The notes under the pieces: generated by a model | The model's database searches: none | Seen by the model: only the letters and a program-made list of their open reading frames with translations | Told to the model about the DNA's origin: nothing | Translations under genes and position numbers: made by a program | Assembly (NCBI GenBank): GCA_965197475.1 | Contig: CBDANF010000002.1 | Coordinates: forward strand, 1 to 64,000 | DNA length: 64,000 bases | Direction of reading: 5' to 3' | Source: Candidatus Poribacteria bacterium | GTDB taxonomy: Bacteria; Poribacteria; WGA-4E; WGA-3G | Part shown: in pieces, positions 9,972-21,000 of the stretch | Layout: each line of letters starts with the position of its first letter | Numbering within the stretch: position 1 is the stretch's first letter

Positions 9972-10907
9972 ATGATGACATTGAACAAAATGAAAAAAAT
10001 CCCAACGGGAACACCCTTTGAATTCGGTGAGCATCGTTTTCATTTTGGTGAGGAGATCGTCGAATTAGCAGATTCCACCTCACTTCTCAATAACTTCGGT
10101 GCGTTGCACAGAAAGATGTGTGAGGATGGATATCTCTTTATCCGAGGCTTCCATCCGCGGGAGCATGCGGAGAAAGCTGCACAATGGACATTGCAAGCCA
10201 TTGCGGGAAGGGGCGGCTTAAAGCAGGATACACCGGTTGAAGAGGGTATTATCGGAGAAGCGAATCAGACATTTAGCTTCTTTCGGCAAACTGAGGTGGC
10301 TCATGCCAAACCGATTCTTGATGTTGTGGATAGCCAGCGAACGATGCAGTTCTACGAAGAATTCCTCGGTGGTCCAGTTATTACGTTTGACAAACGATGG
10401 CTTCGCTGCATGGCGAAGGGTGGACACAACCATTTTCACTATGATAGCGTTTACGTTGGGCGCGGCACACAGAACCGGTACACGATGTGGAGCGCATTGA
10501 CGGACATCGGTCTGGAAAATGGACCACTCGTCATCTGCCTCGGTTCCCATCGGTACGATCGATTAAAGTCCACATACGGCGCGACTGATATGGACCGCGA
10601 TTTGACGGAAGCCGTGTTCAGCACCGATCCACGCAAGATGGTCGAGAAATTTGGATTCACGCTGGCAACAGCGCATTTCCAGCCGGGTGACGTTATTATT
10701 TTTGGGCTTTACATGATGCACAGCAGTGCCCCCAATCGCTCTGACTGCTATCGTATCAGCATTGATACGCGATACCAACTCGCTCGCGAAGAGAAGGATG
10801 ATCGTTTCTTTTTCCGTGAAGACGGCAGTTGGCTTGGTAATTTTTACAACAAAGGCGCGAGTTACAGACCGATAGCTGAACTCCGCCGGGAGTGGGGATT
10901 GGATTGA
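9972..10907 (+). CDS. PhyH family dioxygenase (start uncertain, 9972 or 9990)
   Basis: DGYLFIRG, HYD, NGPL..CLGSH, GDVIIF..MH..APN...RISID. Confidence 0.88.
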   Translation: MMTLNKMKKIPTGTPFEFGEHRFHFGEEIVELADSTSLLNNFGALHRKMCEDGYLFIRGFHPREHAEKAAQWTLQAIAGRGGLKQDTPVEEGIIGEANQTFSFFRQTEVAHAKPILDVVDSQRTMQFYEEFLGGPVITFDKRWLRCMAKGGHNHFHYDSVYVGRGTQNRYTMWSALTDIGLENGPLVICLGSHRYDRLKSTYGATDMDRDLTEAVFSTDPRKMVEKFGFTLATAHFQPGDVIIFGLYMMHSSAPNRSDCYRISIDTRYQLAREEKDDRFFFREDGSWLGNFYNKGASYRPIAELRREWGLD

Positions 10908-11026
10908 TATACTCCCCAAGCTAAAGTTTGCGGAGTCCATCAACGCTCCGTCACCCGTAGTATGTTACAATATTAGGTCTATGAAAAAAACATCACCCAA
11001 TGCGCTGGTGTCAAAGGAGGATTCGT

Positions 11027-12664
11027 ATGGTATACAAGCAATGGAATTTTGCGGTTTTAATCGTTATCTTGGTTTTTTACTGGATTGGAAACAGTGTAGA
11101 AGCAAATTCAACCGCAACTGGCACTGTATTTCTGGATACAAACAGAAACCAGATGAAGGACAACAACGAGAAGGGGTTGTCTGGGGTTCGAGTCTCTAAT
11201 GGACAAGATGTTGTCCAAACCGATGCCAATGGACAATACTCGCTTGCAGTCAGTGATGACACCATTCTCTTTGTCATTAAGCCCCGTGGGTTTATGACAC
11301 CAGTTGATGAAAATCGTCTCCCGAAATTTTATTATATCCACAAACCGCACGGTTCACCAGAAGGACTGAAGTATGCCGGCATCGAACCAACAGGTCCATT
11401 ACCGGAGTCGATTGATTTTCCGCTCATTGAACAGCCCGAAGCTGATACCTTCAAGGTACTTGTCTTCGGGGATACACAACCCCGTAATATGCAAGAGATT
11501 GAGTGGTTAGCACACGATGTGATTGAAGAAGTTATTGGAATTGATGCAGTGTTCGGACTCAGCCTTGGCGATTTGGTAGGTGATAATTTAAACTTATTCC
11601 AGCCTCTTAACGAAGTTATGGCTACTGTTGGGATACCATGGTACAACGTCTACGGTAACCATGATATGAACCGTCTCGCTACTGATGACCGTTACGCCGA
11701 TGAGACATTCGAACGTGTGTATGGACCCACGTGCTATTCTTATGATTGGGGCCCCGTCCATTTCATCAACATTGACAATGTGCACTTTCTCCCCGATAAG
11801 GAGGACAATCCTCCCTATTTCAGTGAGATAGGAGAACGACAGTTGACGTTCATTCGAAACGACCTTGCTTTTGTGCCGAAAGATCAGCTTGTTGTTATAT
11901 CCATGCATATTCCGTTGACCGAGATGCGTGATGTGAAGAAATTGATGAATCTACTCGGTGATCGACCTAACACGTTAACCCTGTCAGCGCACACGCACCT
12001 TCAACGTGATGACTTCATTGGACCGGCGCACGGTTGGCATGGCGACGACCTACATCATCACCATAATCATGCAACCACATCAGGCAGTTGGTGGCAGGGC
12101 TCGCTTGATGAAATCGGTATTCCCCACACAACTATGCGAGATGGTGCACCGAACGGATATGGAGTCTTCACATTCAGCGGCAATCAATATTCAATTCGGT
12201 TTAAGGCCGCTCGTCGTCCAGCGGGTTATCAGATGAACATTTGGGCACCCTGGGAAGTTGCGTCAACGGAAACTGGTAAAACAGATGTACTCGTTAACGT
12301 TTTTGGAGGTACCAAACGCTCAAAGGTTGAAATGCGTCTGGGCGAAGTTGGGGAATGGCAACCGATGACCTATAGGCCGCAGAAAGACCCATACTTTCAA
12401 GCACTCAAGGAACGGGACGAAACGTACCACCTTGAGCGGAAAATGCATACTGCACTTCGGGAAACAATCAAGCCTCTGTTGAAGGAAGAGGACCAACTAC
12501 CACAAAGGGGGAAACGACTTCTTTATGGAGTTCCAAAATCATCACACATCTGGCAAGCTAAGCTCCCAGCGAATGTCCGCAAAGGAACGCACGTTATCTA
12601 CGTCCGTACAACTGATATGTTTGGCCAAACTTTCACAGGTCGCCGAATCATCCGAGTGCGCTAA
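11027..12664 (+). CDS. Secreted calcineurin-like metallophosphoesterase with N-terminal SdrD/Cna-like domain
   Basis: Signal peptide; GTVFLDTN..GVRVSNG; DTQ, GDL, GNHD, HIP, HTH motifs; GGAGG before 11027. Confidence 0.88.
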   Translation: MVYKQWNFAVLIVILVFYWIGNSVEANSTATGTVFLDTNRNQMKDNNEKGLSGVRVSNGQDVVQTDANGQYSLAVSDDTILFVIKPRGFMTPVDENRLPKFYYIHKPHGSPEGLKYAGIEPTGPLPESIDFPLIEQPEADTFKVLVFGDTQPRNMQEIEWLAHDVIEEVIGIDAVFGLSLGDLVGDNLNLFQPLNEVMATVGIPWYNVYGNHDMNRLATDDRYADETFERVYGPTCYSYDWGPVHFINIDNVHFLPDKEDNPPYFSEIGERQLTFIRNDLAFVPKDQLVVISMHIPLTEMRDVKKLMNLLGDRPNTLTLSAHTHLQRDDFIGPAHGWHGDDLHHHHNHATTSGSWWQGSLDEIGIPHTTMRDGAPNGYGVFTFSGNQYSIRFKAARRPAGYQMNIWAPWEVASTETGKTDVLVNVFGGTKRSKVEMRLGEVGEWQPMTYRPQKDPYFQALKERDETYHLERKMHTALRETIKPLLKEEDQLPQRGKRLLYGVPKSSHIWQAKLPANVRKGTHVIYVRTTDMFGQTFTGRRIIRVR

Positions 12665-12770
12665 CCCGGTATCAGTATGCAACCGCTATTACAGTCACCG
12701 TAACAACTTGCCTCAGAGTCACTTAATTGCCTGACGGTTCGATAGTGCTAAATGTGATAACATTTAAACA

Positions 12771-12841
12771 GACGAAACTAAAATACCCGACCGAGCAAGG
12801 GTAACCCATATCTAATGCAAATTGGGTATTTAGGTTTCGTC
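12771..12841. repeat. Small IR-bounded repeat (MITE/REP-like)
   Basis: gacgaaactaaaataccc / gggtatttaggtttcgtc; related gacgaaaactaaaat near 7393. Confidence 0.55.
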
Positions 12842-12949
12842 ACCAGGGATACCCTTCCTCCTTTTAAGAGTAGGTGAATAGAGTCTCCAGAAAAATAATA
12901 AGTCTAAAAGTGTATCAGAACGGATAACGCCTAAAAAAGGAGAAAATCC

Positions 12950-14629
12950 ATGTTTAAAAAAAGTTTAACGAGACTATTAATCATTATTGTATTTCTATCG
13001 TTGTTTTTAATTCCATCGATAGGATATGCTGCCGATCCGTTTATTGTTCGAGTTATCTATTTTAAGGCACATGGAGGAGAACCCCTAAACCACGAAAAAT
13101 ACGACAAAATAATCAAGGATATGCAGGAATTCTTCAAGAATGAGATGATCCGACACGGCTACGGTGACAAAACCTTTGAGATTGAAACCGATGCCAATAT
13201 TGATTTGAAAATCCATACCATTAACGGAAAGCATCCTGGCGACCATTATACTGGCGAAATCTTTAACGCCTATTATCAAAAAATAAGTAAAGAAATTCCT
13301 TTTGCTATCAACAACACGACTAACAGAGATCAACAAGACAATATCTACATTGTCTTAGTTGGTGGTGTTGAGATTGTTGACGATGGGTTAGGCAGCCCCT
13401 GGGGAGGAGGTTGGACTTTCGCGGGCAATGCTGTAGGTGGAACGGCAATCATCAACGAAAACTTTGAAAAGTTATATCCCAACCACTACGAATCAATAAT
13501 CGCCCACGAATTCGCTCATTCGTTTGGGATGAAACATGACAAATTAGAAGGTTCAGTGATGGGACCATTACCGTTCGGCGGCCCGACACACATTACAGAT
13601 TTTGAAGCACGACTGCTAAACAAGCATCACATATTTAACGATGTTCATATACTCAATACTCGTCCAGAAATTGTAGGCGGTATTACTTCAAAAGCAATTG
13701 GTAGGGACACCGTAAGGTTTGAAATTAAGGTGAGAGGCAACGCTGATTTGTATCATTGTCAGGTGCATAAGGGGCAGGATTATTTAGGTAGTGCGAGCCT
13801 CAAAGGTAGAAATGACATAGCTCAAGTAGACGTTCCGCGTAACTTTATTGCGAACGGCGATAACTTACATTTTATCATTTATGATGTAAACGGGAACAGG
13901 GTTGAAAAAAGATTCGACAACATCCAATTACCAGAACCTATATTTATAAATGAAAGCAAGTTCAAATACTTGACCATTAGAGACAAACAAATTGATTCTC
14001 TTATTCCAATAAACAATCAGCAAGAATGGTGTGGTTGGGAAAATGCAGGTATTTTTGAGAAAAAACCCAATGGTCTCAGTCCACAATTACCTAACTGGTA
14101 TGTTCATGTGCCCAAACTTGATGAATGGAATAGTTGGTTTTATTCGCACGCTAAAAGTCGTTTTGTCTATGATATTAGTGGTGGAGAATATAATAGGTTT
14201 GATGCCCATTTTTATCTTCCAAATCCATGTGATGGAAATGCAGATGTTGAAGTTATATGTTTTGCTGACGATGTTGAAGTTTATAAATCTGAAATATTGC
14301 GATCTCCTGCTGCACAAAACAAACATTTCATAATTAATTTTCCAAAAGACACAAAAAAGTTTACTATTGAAATTACCGACGCGGGTGATGGCATAGGTTG
14401 CGACCATTTTGTTTTTGGAGAAGCACGAGTTTTACAAGTGTTAAATGATGATACTGATCCCGACGCTAATGAAATAGAGAATGAAGATTTAGACAACGTC
14501 ATTTGCGAAAATTGTATTCCAGAAACAGATAAAGAACCAAATGTGGTAATTGAGGAAGATTTGGGAATAAATTCCCAAAACAAGCTTACAACAAAATGGG
14601 CAACAATTAAGGCAAGGAAATTAAATTGA
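12950..14629 (+). CDS. Secreted metzincin-like Zn metallopeptidase with NPCBM-like carbohydrate-binding domain
   Basis: HEFAHSFGMKH + SVMG Met-turn; HAKSRFVYDI..DAGDGIGCDH (NPCBM-like); C-terminal KLTTKWATIK. Confidence 0.8.
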   Translation: MFKKSLTRLLIIIVFLSLFLIPSIGYAADPFIVRVIYFKAHGGEPLNHEKYDKIIKDMQEFFKNEMIRHGYGDKTFEIETDANIDLKIHTINGKHPGDHYTGEIFNAYYQKISKEIPFAINNTTNRDQQDNIYIVLVGGVEIVDDGLGSPWGGGWTFAGNAVGGTAIINENFEKLYPNHYESIIAHEFAHSFGMKHDKLEGSVMGPLPFGGPTHITDFEARLLNKHHIFNDVHILNTRPEIVGGITSKAIGRDTVRFEIKVRGNADLYHCQVHKGQDYLGSASLKGRNDIAQVDVPRNFIANGDNLHFIIYDVNGNRVEKRFDNIQLPEPIFINESKFKYLTIRDKQIDSLIPINNQQEWCGWENAGIFEKKPNGLSPQLPNWYVHVPKLDEWNSWFYSHAKSRFVYDISGGEYNRFDAHFYLPNPCDGNADVEVICFADDVEVYKSEILRSPAAQNKHFIINFPKDTKKFTIEITDAGDGIGCDHFVFGEARVLQVLNDDTDPDANEIENEDLDNVICENCIPETDKEPNVVIEEDLGINSQNKLTTKWATIKARKLN

Positions 14630-14763
14630 TTATACCCTTTTTTAATTTCTAAAACGAATCCGATTTGATATAATCACATGCTAAACCTGATTTTTTAAAT
14701 CTTTTTATGTCCAAAACTACTAATTGCGAAAAAATATTTCTAAAAAGACACCTATAGTGAGGT

Positions 14764-15908
14764 TTACGCCATTACACTCTCTATCCATGTCTCATCAATT
14801 TCAAATCCAAAGCCGGGAGCATTAGAAGGTACAACGTAGCCATCTTTTATGACAGAAGTTCCAGGCAACTTGACCATTTCTTCAAGAGGCACTCCTGGAG
14901 CGGAAACACCTTCAGAACGTTCACCCCAAGTGATGGTAGGCATAGCGAATGCAAGATGTTGTCCATAAGGATAATTCATACCCGCATGTGTAATCACAGA
15001 GATACCGTTTGCTTCAGCAATGTGACATATTTTGACTGCAGAAGTTATGCCGCCACACCACAAAACGTCAGGTTGGAAAATGTCAACTAATCTTTGTCCT
15101 GCAGCTGCCGCAAAGACAGTTGGTAGATACCAATGTTCTCCAGTAGCAAGTGTTTGCCACGGTATACGTTGCCTAACTGTCTTGTAACCTACCAGATCAT
15201 CAGCAGAGATGTAGTCCTCCATCCACTTTAAACCGTAAGGCTTCATGGTTTCACAGACGCGCACCGTATGTTCTACATCAAAGTTGGTCCACGCATCCAA
15301 CATTAATTCGACTTCATCTCCGATTACTTCACGCGTGTTTGCCACCAATTCTTCGAGTTTCCGCAAACCCTCTAATCCGTCTTCCGGACCGTACGGTGTG
15401 AACAGTTTTGTCGCTTTGAATCCGAGTTCCATATACCATTCCTGATCGAAACCTGAGGCATAGCAGAAAATCTTTTCTTTCTGAGGTCCTCCGAGGAGTT
15501 CGTAAACCGGTCTTTTCAGGATTTTCCCTTTGAGATCCCACAAGGCACAATCAATAGCACTAATAGCGTAACTGGTTAAGCCGGTTGCGCCGAATGCAGT
15601 TGATGATCGCACCATCATATCCCATATTTTTTCTGTTGCCATGCAATTCTGCCCTACCAGATTAGGAGCAAAGTGATCTGCGATAATTGACTGACCGGTC
15701 CACCGTAGAGTGAAATTCCGAATCCCCACGTACCGTCTTCAGCAGTAACAATGCAGGCAGGCCTTTTCCAACCCGCGTGTGAAATATGTTGATAACGGTC
15801 AATGGGGCGGTTCAAGCGGAATGTTTTAGCACGACTCGGTGAACGGGGTGGTGTCTTTGATTTAGGATTTCACGTAATTTCTACAACGCGAATTTCTTTG
15901 ATCTTCAT
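14764..15908 (-). CDS. Mandelate racemase/enolase-superfamily sugar-acid dehydratase (L-rhamnonate dehydratase-like), frameshifted near 15690
   Basis: True start ATG 15908 (MKIKEIRVVEI...CIVTAEDGTWGFG); joins ORF 14764-15729 after a 1-bp indel; AISAIDCALWDL, LMLD, WMED, GEH, QPD motifs. Confidence 0.8.
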
Positions 15909-16112
15909 AATATGTCCTTTACGTGTGTTCTACTATGTGCAGATATTTTACCAAAACCAATATGTAATTTGCAACCCGTCCTGTCAACATGGGTAAGTCC
16001 TGTTGTGGCTTGCTCGGTAATGGATCAATTCTACATATATGCAAAAATAACTTGCCTTCTTATAAGATTCATTCTATACTTTTCTATATCCTTACCTACT
16101 TGGAGAAAATAG

Positions 16113-16865
16113 GTGAATATTCAACTTTCAGACAAGGTAGCGGTTATTACAGGTGGTGCAACTGGCATCGGTGCTTCAACCGCTATCGCTTATGCTGAAG
16201 CAGGTGCTAAAGTTGTGCTGGGAGATATAAACGAACTTGATGGACAAGAAACGTTAAAGATAATAACGAAAAATGGTGGTGATGCTAAATTTTGTCACAC
16301 CGATGTTACCTCCGAAACCGATGTATCCGATCTAATGCGTACTGCTGAAGATACTTACGGTCAAATTGATACCTTAGTGACTAGTGCTGGTGTTTTACAA
16401 GGAGCAAGCGTACGTATTGAAGATTTTGAAGCAGCTACCTTCGATTCAGTCATTGATGTTAATCTTAAAGGAACTTTTTTTGCGCTCAAGCATGCTGTTC
16501 CGATAATGGGCAAAAGTGGCGGCGGTGTAATTCTCTGCATCGCCTCTGGGGCAGGCGTGCGGGGTGGAAGTTCATCAGTCGCTTATGCTTCAAGTAAAGG
16601 TGGTGTAAACGGACTCGTGATGACTGTAGAAAACCAAGTCGCTTCACTTAACATCCGCATGCACACGATATGTCCTGGCGGACTTGCGACACCGCTTAAA
16701 CTTGGACAAATTGCGCAGTCTGCAAAGCGTGACGGAAACGATCCAGATTCAGCTGTTGCCAATGCGCGGAAATCGCTCGGTGACCCAGCAGGTGTTGCTC
16801 GGATACTTACGTTTCTTGCTTCTGATGAAGCTGCCTACATGCGTGGACAGATTTTCACAAGGTAG
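16113..16865 (+). CDS. SDR family oxidoreductase
   Basis: TGGATGIG, YASSK, ICPG. Confidence 0.92.
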   Translation: MNIQLSDKVAVITGGATGIGASTAIAYAEAGAKVVLGDINELDGQETLKIITKNGGDAKFCHTDVTSETDVSDLMRTAEDTYGQIDTLVTSAGVLQGASVRIEDFEAATFDSVIDVNLKGTFFALKHAVPIMGKSGGGVILCIASGAGVRGGSSSVAYASSKGGVNGLVMTVENQVASLNIRMHTICPGGLATPLKLGQIAQSAKRDGNDPDSAVANARKSLGDPAGVARILTFLASDEAAYMRGQIFTR

Positions 16866-16891
16866 TTGAGAATAGTATGTTTTGGAAATTA

Positions 16892-17254
16892 CTAACTTTT
16901 TGGGTTCAGCGTGTAGTCAAAGTTCAGCCACAAACTTTTTGAGTAGCGGTAGAAAAAGACTGGGAATACTGCGGATACTATACCCCATACGCCAAAATTG
17001 AATAAGAAAGGGATAGATGTAAAAACGTCAAAGACAAAGTAGCCCGGAAAAACAAGAAACACTGTTGCACCATAATTAAGATACATTGCCCCGATGAAAT
17101 ATCCTTGCTCGCGTTCAAACTTCATATTACACATTTCGCAATGTGTGAACATCTTGAACCTTTTTTTAAACAGCGAACCTTTGCCACATCTCGGACACTT
17201 AAGTCCAAAACCACATCGCAAAATCTTTTTGAGATTGGTAAAGGATATATTCAT
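16892..17254 (-). CDS. DUF983-like Zn-ribbon membrane protein
   Basis: CPRCGKGSLF...CEMC followed by two hydrophobic helices. Confidence 0.75.
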   Translation of the reverse strand: MNISFTNLKKILRCGFGLKCPRCGKGSLFKKRFKMFTHCEMCNMKFEREQGYFIGAMYLNYGATVFLVFPGYFVFDVFTSIPFLFNFGVWGIVSAVFPVFFYRYSKSLWLNFDYTLNPKS

Positions 17255-17321
17255 ATCTCGAATTTCTTAAGGATAGATATTCGTTGGATTTCAAACAGTG
17301 TTAGGATGAACACGCTGATAG

Positions 17322-17975
17322 TTAGTAGGTGTTATCATCCCAAAAAACTTTGAACGTCCGTAGCAGTATCTTGAAATCGTTCCATAGGGACAAATTTTCA
17401 ATGTATTCCAAATCAACAGGTATTCCTTCACGGATTGAACCACGGCGGCGCGGACTCAACTGCCATAGTCCCGTCATTCCTGGACGCACAAGATGCCGTT
17501 GATTTTCCCAAGGCTCATAATTCTCAGCAAGAAAAGGCATTTCAGGACGCGGACCGACCAGACTCATTTCCCCTTTAAGCACATTAAAAAGTTGAGGTAA
17601 TTCGTCTAAACTCGTTTTTCGAATCCATTTTCCTATGGATGTAATGCGGACATCTTCTGTTGAATCCGGTTTTTCTGAATAGGATGGCGTATCAATATGA
17701 AGGCTTCTGAACTTGTGGATGATAAAGAGTTTACTGTTTAATCCTACTCTCTTGTGAGAGAAAAAGACTGGTCCACGCGACGATAGCTTAATCAGTATCG
17801 CAATCAGAATCATCAAAGGGGAAAATATCAGAATCAGGAAAAATGCTGCTACAAAATCGAATAGATATTTGCCTCGCTTTGCGTAAAAGGAGGAAAGTCT
17901 TTCAACTGAAGTTCGAGTTCCTGTGTCATTCATATATGAGAAGTCTGTTTTGGAGACGTACAATTTAGTTGGCAA
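17322..17975 (-). CDS. Priming sugar transferase (bacterial sugar transferase / small monotopic PGT; start may be 17933)
   Basis: KFRSL, RKTSLDELPQLFNVLKGEMSLVGPRPE, RPGMTGLWQ. Confidence 0.93.
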   Translation of the reverse strand: MPTKLYVSKTDFSYMNDTGTRTSVERLSSFYAKRGKYLFDFVAAFFLILIFSPLMILIAILIKLSSRGPVFFSHKRVGLNSKLFIIHKFRSLHIDTPSYSEKPDSTEDVRITSIGKWIRKTSLDELPQLFNVLKGEMSLVGPRPEMPFLAENYEPWENQRHLVRPGMTGLWQLSPRRRGSIREGIPVDLEYIENLSLWNDFKILLRTFKVFWDDNTY

Positions 17976-18015
17976 ATGTGACTTTGTCCTTCATCCTACA
18001 TGAGATGCGTTGATT

Positions 18016-19137
18016 TCACTTTTTCTTTTGTAGATTTTGAAACACTTCAATATATTGTTCCGCAATGTGATCCCAATTGAATCGTTTTCGGATCTGTTCT
18101 GTGGCACGTCGTCGAAAGTTCTCAACCCTCTCCGGGTCCTGTTCTAATGCCTCAATCTCAGCTTTGAGTGCTTCTGGGTTTTTGTCGAAGAGTACACCGT
18201 AATTGCCGCCTTCTAATACTTCATGGTTAAACGGTGTATTTAGCGCAAGAATGCAGTTAGAAAATCCTAACGCTTTCAAGATGGAAGGATTAATACCGCC
18301 GAATTGATGCCCGTGGATGTATGCGAAACAGTGATGATGAAGTTCTTTGATATGTTCAGAACTGTCAATGTGTCCGAGAAACAAGACGTTTTCATTGGCA
18401 ATGTTTTTCAACTTATCCAAAAATTCATTTTCAAGTTTGTTTCCTCTATAGTCTGCCCCACCCGCTATTGCGAGTTTTTTTTTACTGTTTGAGTTTACAA
18501 ATGCTTCCATAATCAGGTCAGCATTATTGTCAGGAACAAGACGACTCGCTATCAGATAGTAACCCCTTGACTCAAGCCCATAATTCTCAAGAACTTCAGG
18601 ATGCTCAGAGGGCTCAATGTTAGCTCCATAAGCGATATATGTCGTCTCAGCACCTAATTCTTCAAGATACAGTCGCTTCATTTCTTCAGCATCGGTAATG
18701 ACAAGCGGAAACGCCGAAGTAGCCATCTTCGCTGCCCATTTGAAATAGACCGCGCCTATACCTTTCCATTTTGGACGAAGCCATTCCATTCCATCAACAT
18801 TGATAACTGCAGTTTTACCAGCGATACGGAAAAACCATCCAAATGGACCATTGCCAGCATTCCATACGAAAATGACATCAGATGGCGTAAAAGAAGCATG
18901 CAAAGAAGCGAAAAAACTGTGACTGAGGGTACTAAACACCTTATGTTCAATACTGGGTAAGTAAACTAACTTGATACCTTTCCATTCCGGTGGTTTTTCC
19001 TTGAAAAAACCACTTCGGCAGTAGACGATAACTTCATGCCCTGCCTCAACCCAGCGCGGAGCAAGTTCTCCCATAACTGTCTCGGAACCGCTATAAGTTG
19101 CGGGAAGTCCTCGAATGCCTAATACCCGAATTCTCAT
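18016..19137 (-). CDS. GT4 glycosyltransferase (DUF1972-type)
   Basis: GIRGLPATYSGSET, NVDGMEW.R.KW, RLVPDNN, HGHQFGGINPSIL. Confidence 0.88.
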   Translation of the reverse strand: MRIRVLGIRGLPATYSGSETVMGELAPRWVEAGHEVIVYCRSGFFKEKPPEWKGIKLVYLPSIEHKVFSTLSHSFFASLHASFTPSDVIFVWNAGNGPFGWFFRIAGKTAVINVDGMEWLRPKWKGIGAVYFKWAAKMATSAFPLVITDAEEMKRLYLEELGAETTYIAYGANIEPSEHPEVLENYGLESRGYYLIASRLVPDNNADLIMEAFVNSNSKKKLAIAGGADYRGNKLENEFLDKLKNIANENVLFLGHIDSSEHIKELHHHCFAYIHGHQFGGINPSILKALGFSNCILALNTPFNHEVLEGGNYGVLFDKNPEALKAEIEALEQDPERVENFRRRATEQIRKRFNWDHIAEQYIEVFQNLQKKK

Positions 19138-19320
19138 CTTAAATCCTTCCGGATAATACCGAATCTACTTCTATAATACAATTCTTATGTCGTTTAGAAT
19201 GAAACTCTTATCCACACTATATATTGTAATCATTTTATATGATAAATATCAAATTCTTTGATGCGTCAACCAACACGAATCTTCGTTTAAAACGTTATTC
19301 TGCTTGTCAGGATTAATAGT

Positions 19321-20961
19321 TTAAAACCGATAAAGAGCCTTGGCTTGAATTTCATTCCCGGTTTCATGAACATTCTCACGATTATCTAAGTTCCTCCGCC
19401 AAACCCGAGCCCATTCACCATATATTGAATAATGTCCTATATCAACCCAGTTAAAACCGATCCTCAAGCGATGCTCACTTTCTGTGATTCCAGATAGCGG
19501 TATCCACACATCATCTTTCGGCGCATCAGGCGGATGGCTCTTATCAACGTTCCCTTCTCCGTGGCGTTCAAGTTCGTAACCAAAAACAGTTTCAAGCTTA
19601 TCCGTAAAACGTCTGCGTAGTTCAATCCATAGATTATCCGCATCTGAACCGATATGGTGTCCAATAACAGACGTAAAATGCTTATAAACGTTAAACGTGT
19701 TTATGTGCGTATATGCGTATTGGTTGATAAAAGCGTATTCTGCATGTAAATCAGTATCTGGCAATCCAAATGGATCCGTGAGATAAATTCCACCGAGGAT
19801 TCCAAACTTCGTATCCCAATGCTTAAAAACGGATATTGGATTTCCGTCGTCAACCATCAACTCACCATATATTTCAAAATTGTCTATAGGACGAAGCCGT
19901 ATATCAGCACTTATCAGGATATTGTCGCCACTACCAGGGACTCGGCTATCGGCACGTGAAATTGTCTGCTCGTTAATCAGATAGATATTGACCGGATTGA
20001 GATATCCTGGCTCAAAACGGTTTCCGTAAATGATTACCTCAGATATACCCAAACCAAACCTATCCCAGAAGTACCCCTCAAGTCTGTGTCCTGAAATATA
20101 TTTTTCATTGATTTCATCTGCCCTGTCTTCTAAAATACCGGTGAATGCGGTGAAGGTAGTAGTTTTGTATGTAGTTTGCAACTTCAGCATGTCTATAGCA
20201 ATAGGGTTTGGAGAAACCAATAGATTGCCATGATAACCAGGCCCCCACTGGAGATTGTCTTGTCCAAGTTGTAACTCAAACCAGGGGAAGTTAAATTTTA
20301 GGTAAGCATTAATTGCCGTTCGATGTTTCTGTCCAATTTTCAGTTCACCCTCCAGTTGCCTATATTTCGATTCATCAGGATAAAAGTCGTCAAAAACATC
20401 ACCATATAGCATTCTGTATGCCATATTTGCTGTGAACGCAAACTCTTCTTTGACTTGTCCATAAAGATGCGGAAACCATGTTGTGACAAACATAGTACCT
20501 TCAACCGGCGGTTTTTCGGACATGTTATCCACCAACCTGGTGATTGTTCGCTGTCTCCCCCTTAAATCAAATGAAAAGCGATAGGTGGTGTCGTCACTGA
20601 GACTGAACAGATGTAATCGTCGATTGGGAGGGATTTGTGTTCCAGCCTCTGAATAAAAGGCTAACAATTCGTTTAGGCGTTTCTGGTCGTTAACGCTTAA
20701 CGTCAGTTCGCCGCTATCAAGTTTTTGAGACACCTCCACCAGAAAAGATGCAACCTGTTTTCGCGTAAACGGCAGAGAACCGCGCGGAACACCGGATAAC
20801 ACACGTTTATTAAGTAAACGATGAATAAAGCGGTAGGTTTCAGTATTAAAGTCGGATATATCAGGGTTAAGTGGGACGTTGATTAGAGACGCAGCTTCGC
20901 CAAAAGGTAAATAGCAAAAATGAATAATTGTGCATAATATAAGTACGATGCGTAGAGACAT
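19321..20961 (-). CDS. Capsule assembly Wzi family outer-membrane protein
   Basis: Signal peptide; LPFTR, LGQDNLQWGPG, SGHRLE, GDNIL, YGELMVDD; C-terminal YRF. Confidence 0.78.
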   Translation of the reverse strand: MSLRIVLILCTIIHFCYLPFGEAASLINVPLNPDISDFNTETYRFIHRLLNKRVLSGVPRGSLPFTRKQVASFLVEVSQKLDSGELTLSVNDQKRLNELLAFYSEAGTQIPPNRRLHLFSLSDDTTYRFSFDLRGRQRTITRLVDNMSEKPPVEGTMFVTTWFPHLYGQVKEEFAFTANMAYRMLYGDVFDDFYPDESKYRQLEGELKIGQKHRTAINAYLKFNFPWFELQLGQDNLQWGPGYHGNLLVSPNPIAIDMLKLQTTYKTTTFTAFTGILEDRADEINEKYISGHRLEGYFWDRFGLGISEVIIYGNRFEPGYLNPVNIYLINEQTISRADSRVPGSGDNILISADIRLRPIDNFEIYGELMVDDGNPISVFKHWDTKFGILGGIYLTDPFGLPDTDLHAEYAFINQYAYTHINTFNVYKHFTSVIGHHIGSDADNLWIELRRRFTDKLETVFGYELERHGEGNVDKSHPPDAPKDDVWIPLSGITESEHRLRIGFNWVDIGHYSIYGEWARVWRRNLDNRENVHETGNEIQAKALYRF

Positions 20962-21000
20962 TTGTTGAGTTCCTCCTGAAATAAATGTAAAATGACCAAT

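Noticed and set aside
19179-19252. Possible fourth copy of the 72-bp site
   Set aside because: Only GATAAATATCA matches; the left box is degenerate and the spacing is off in AT-rich DNA
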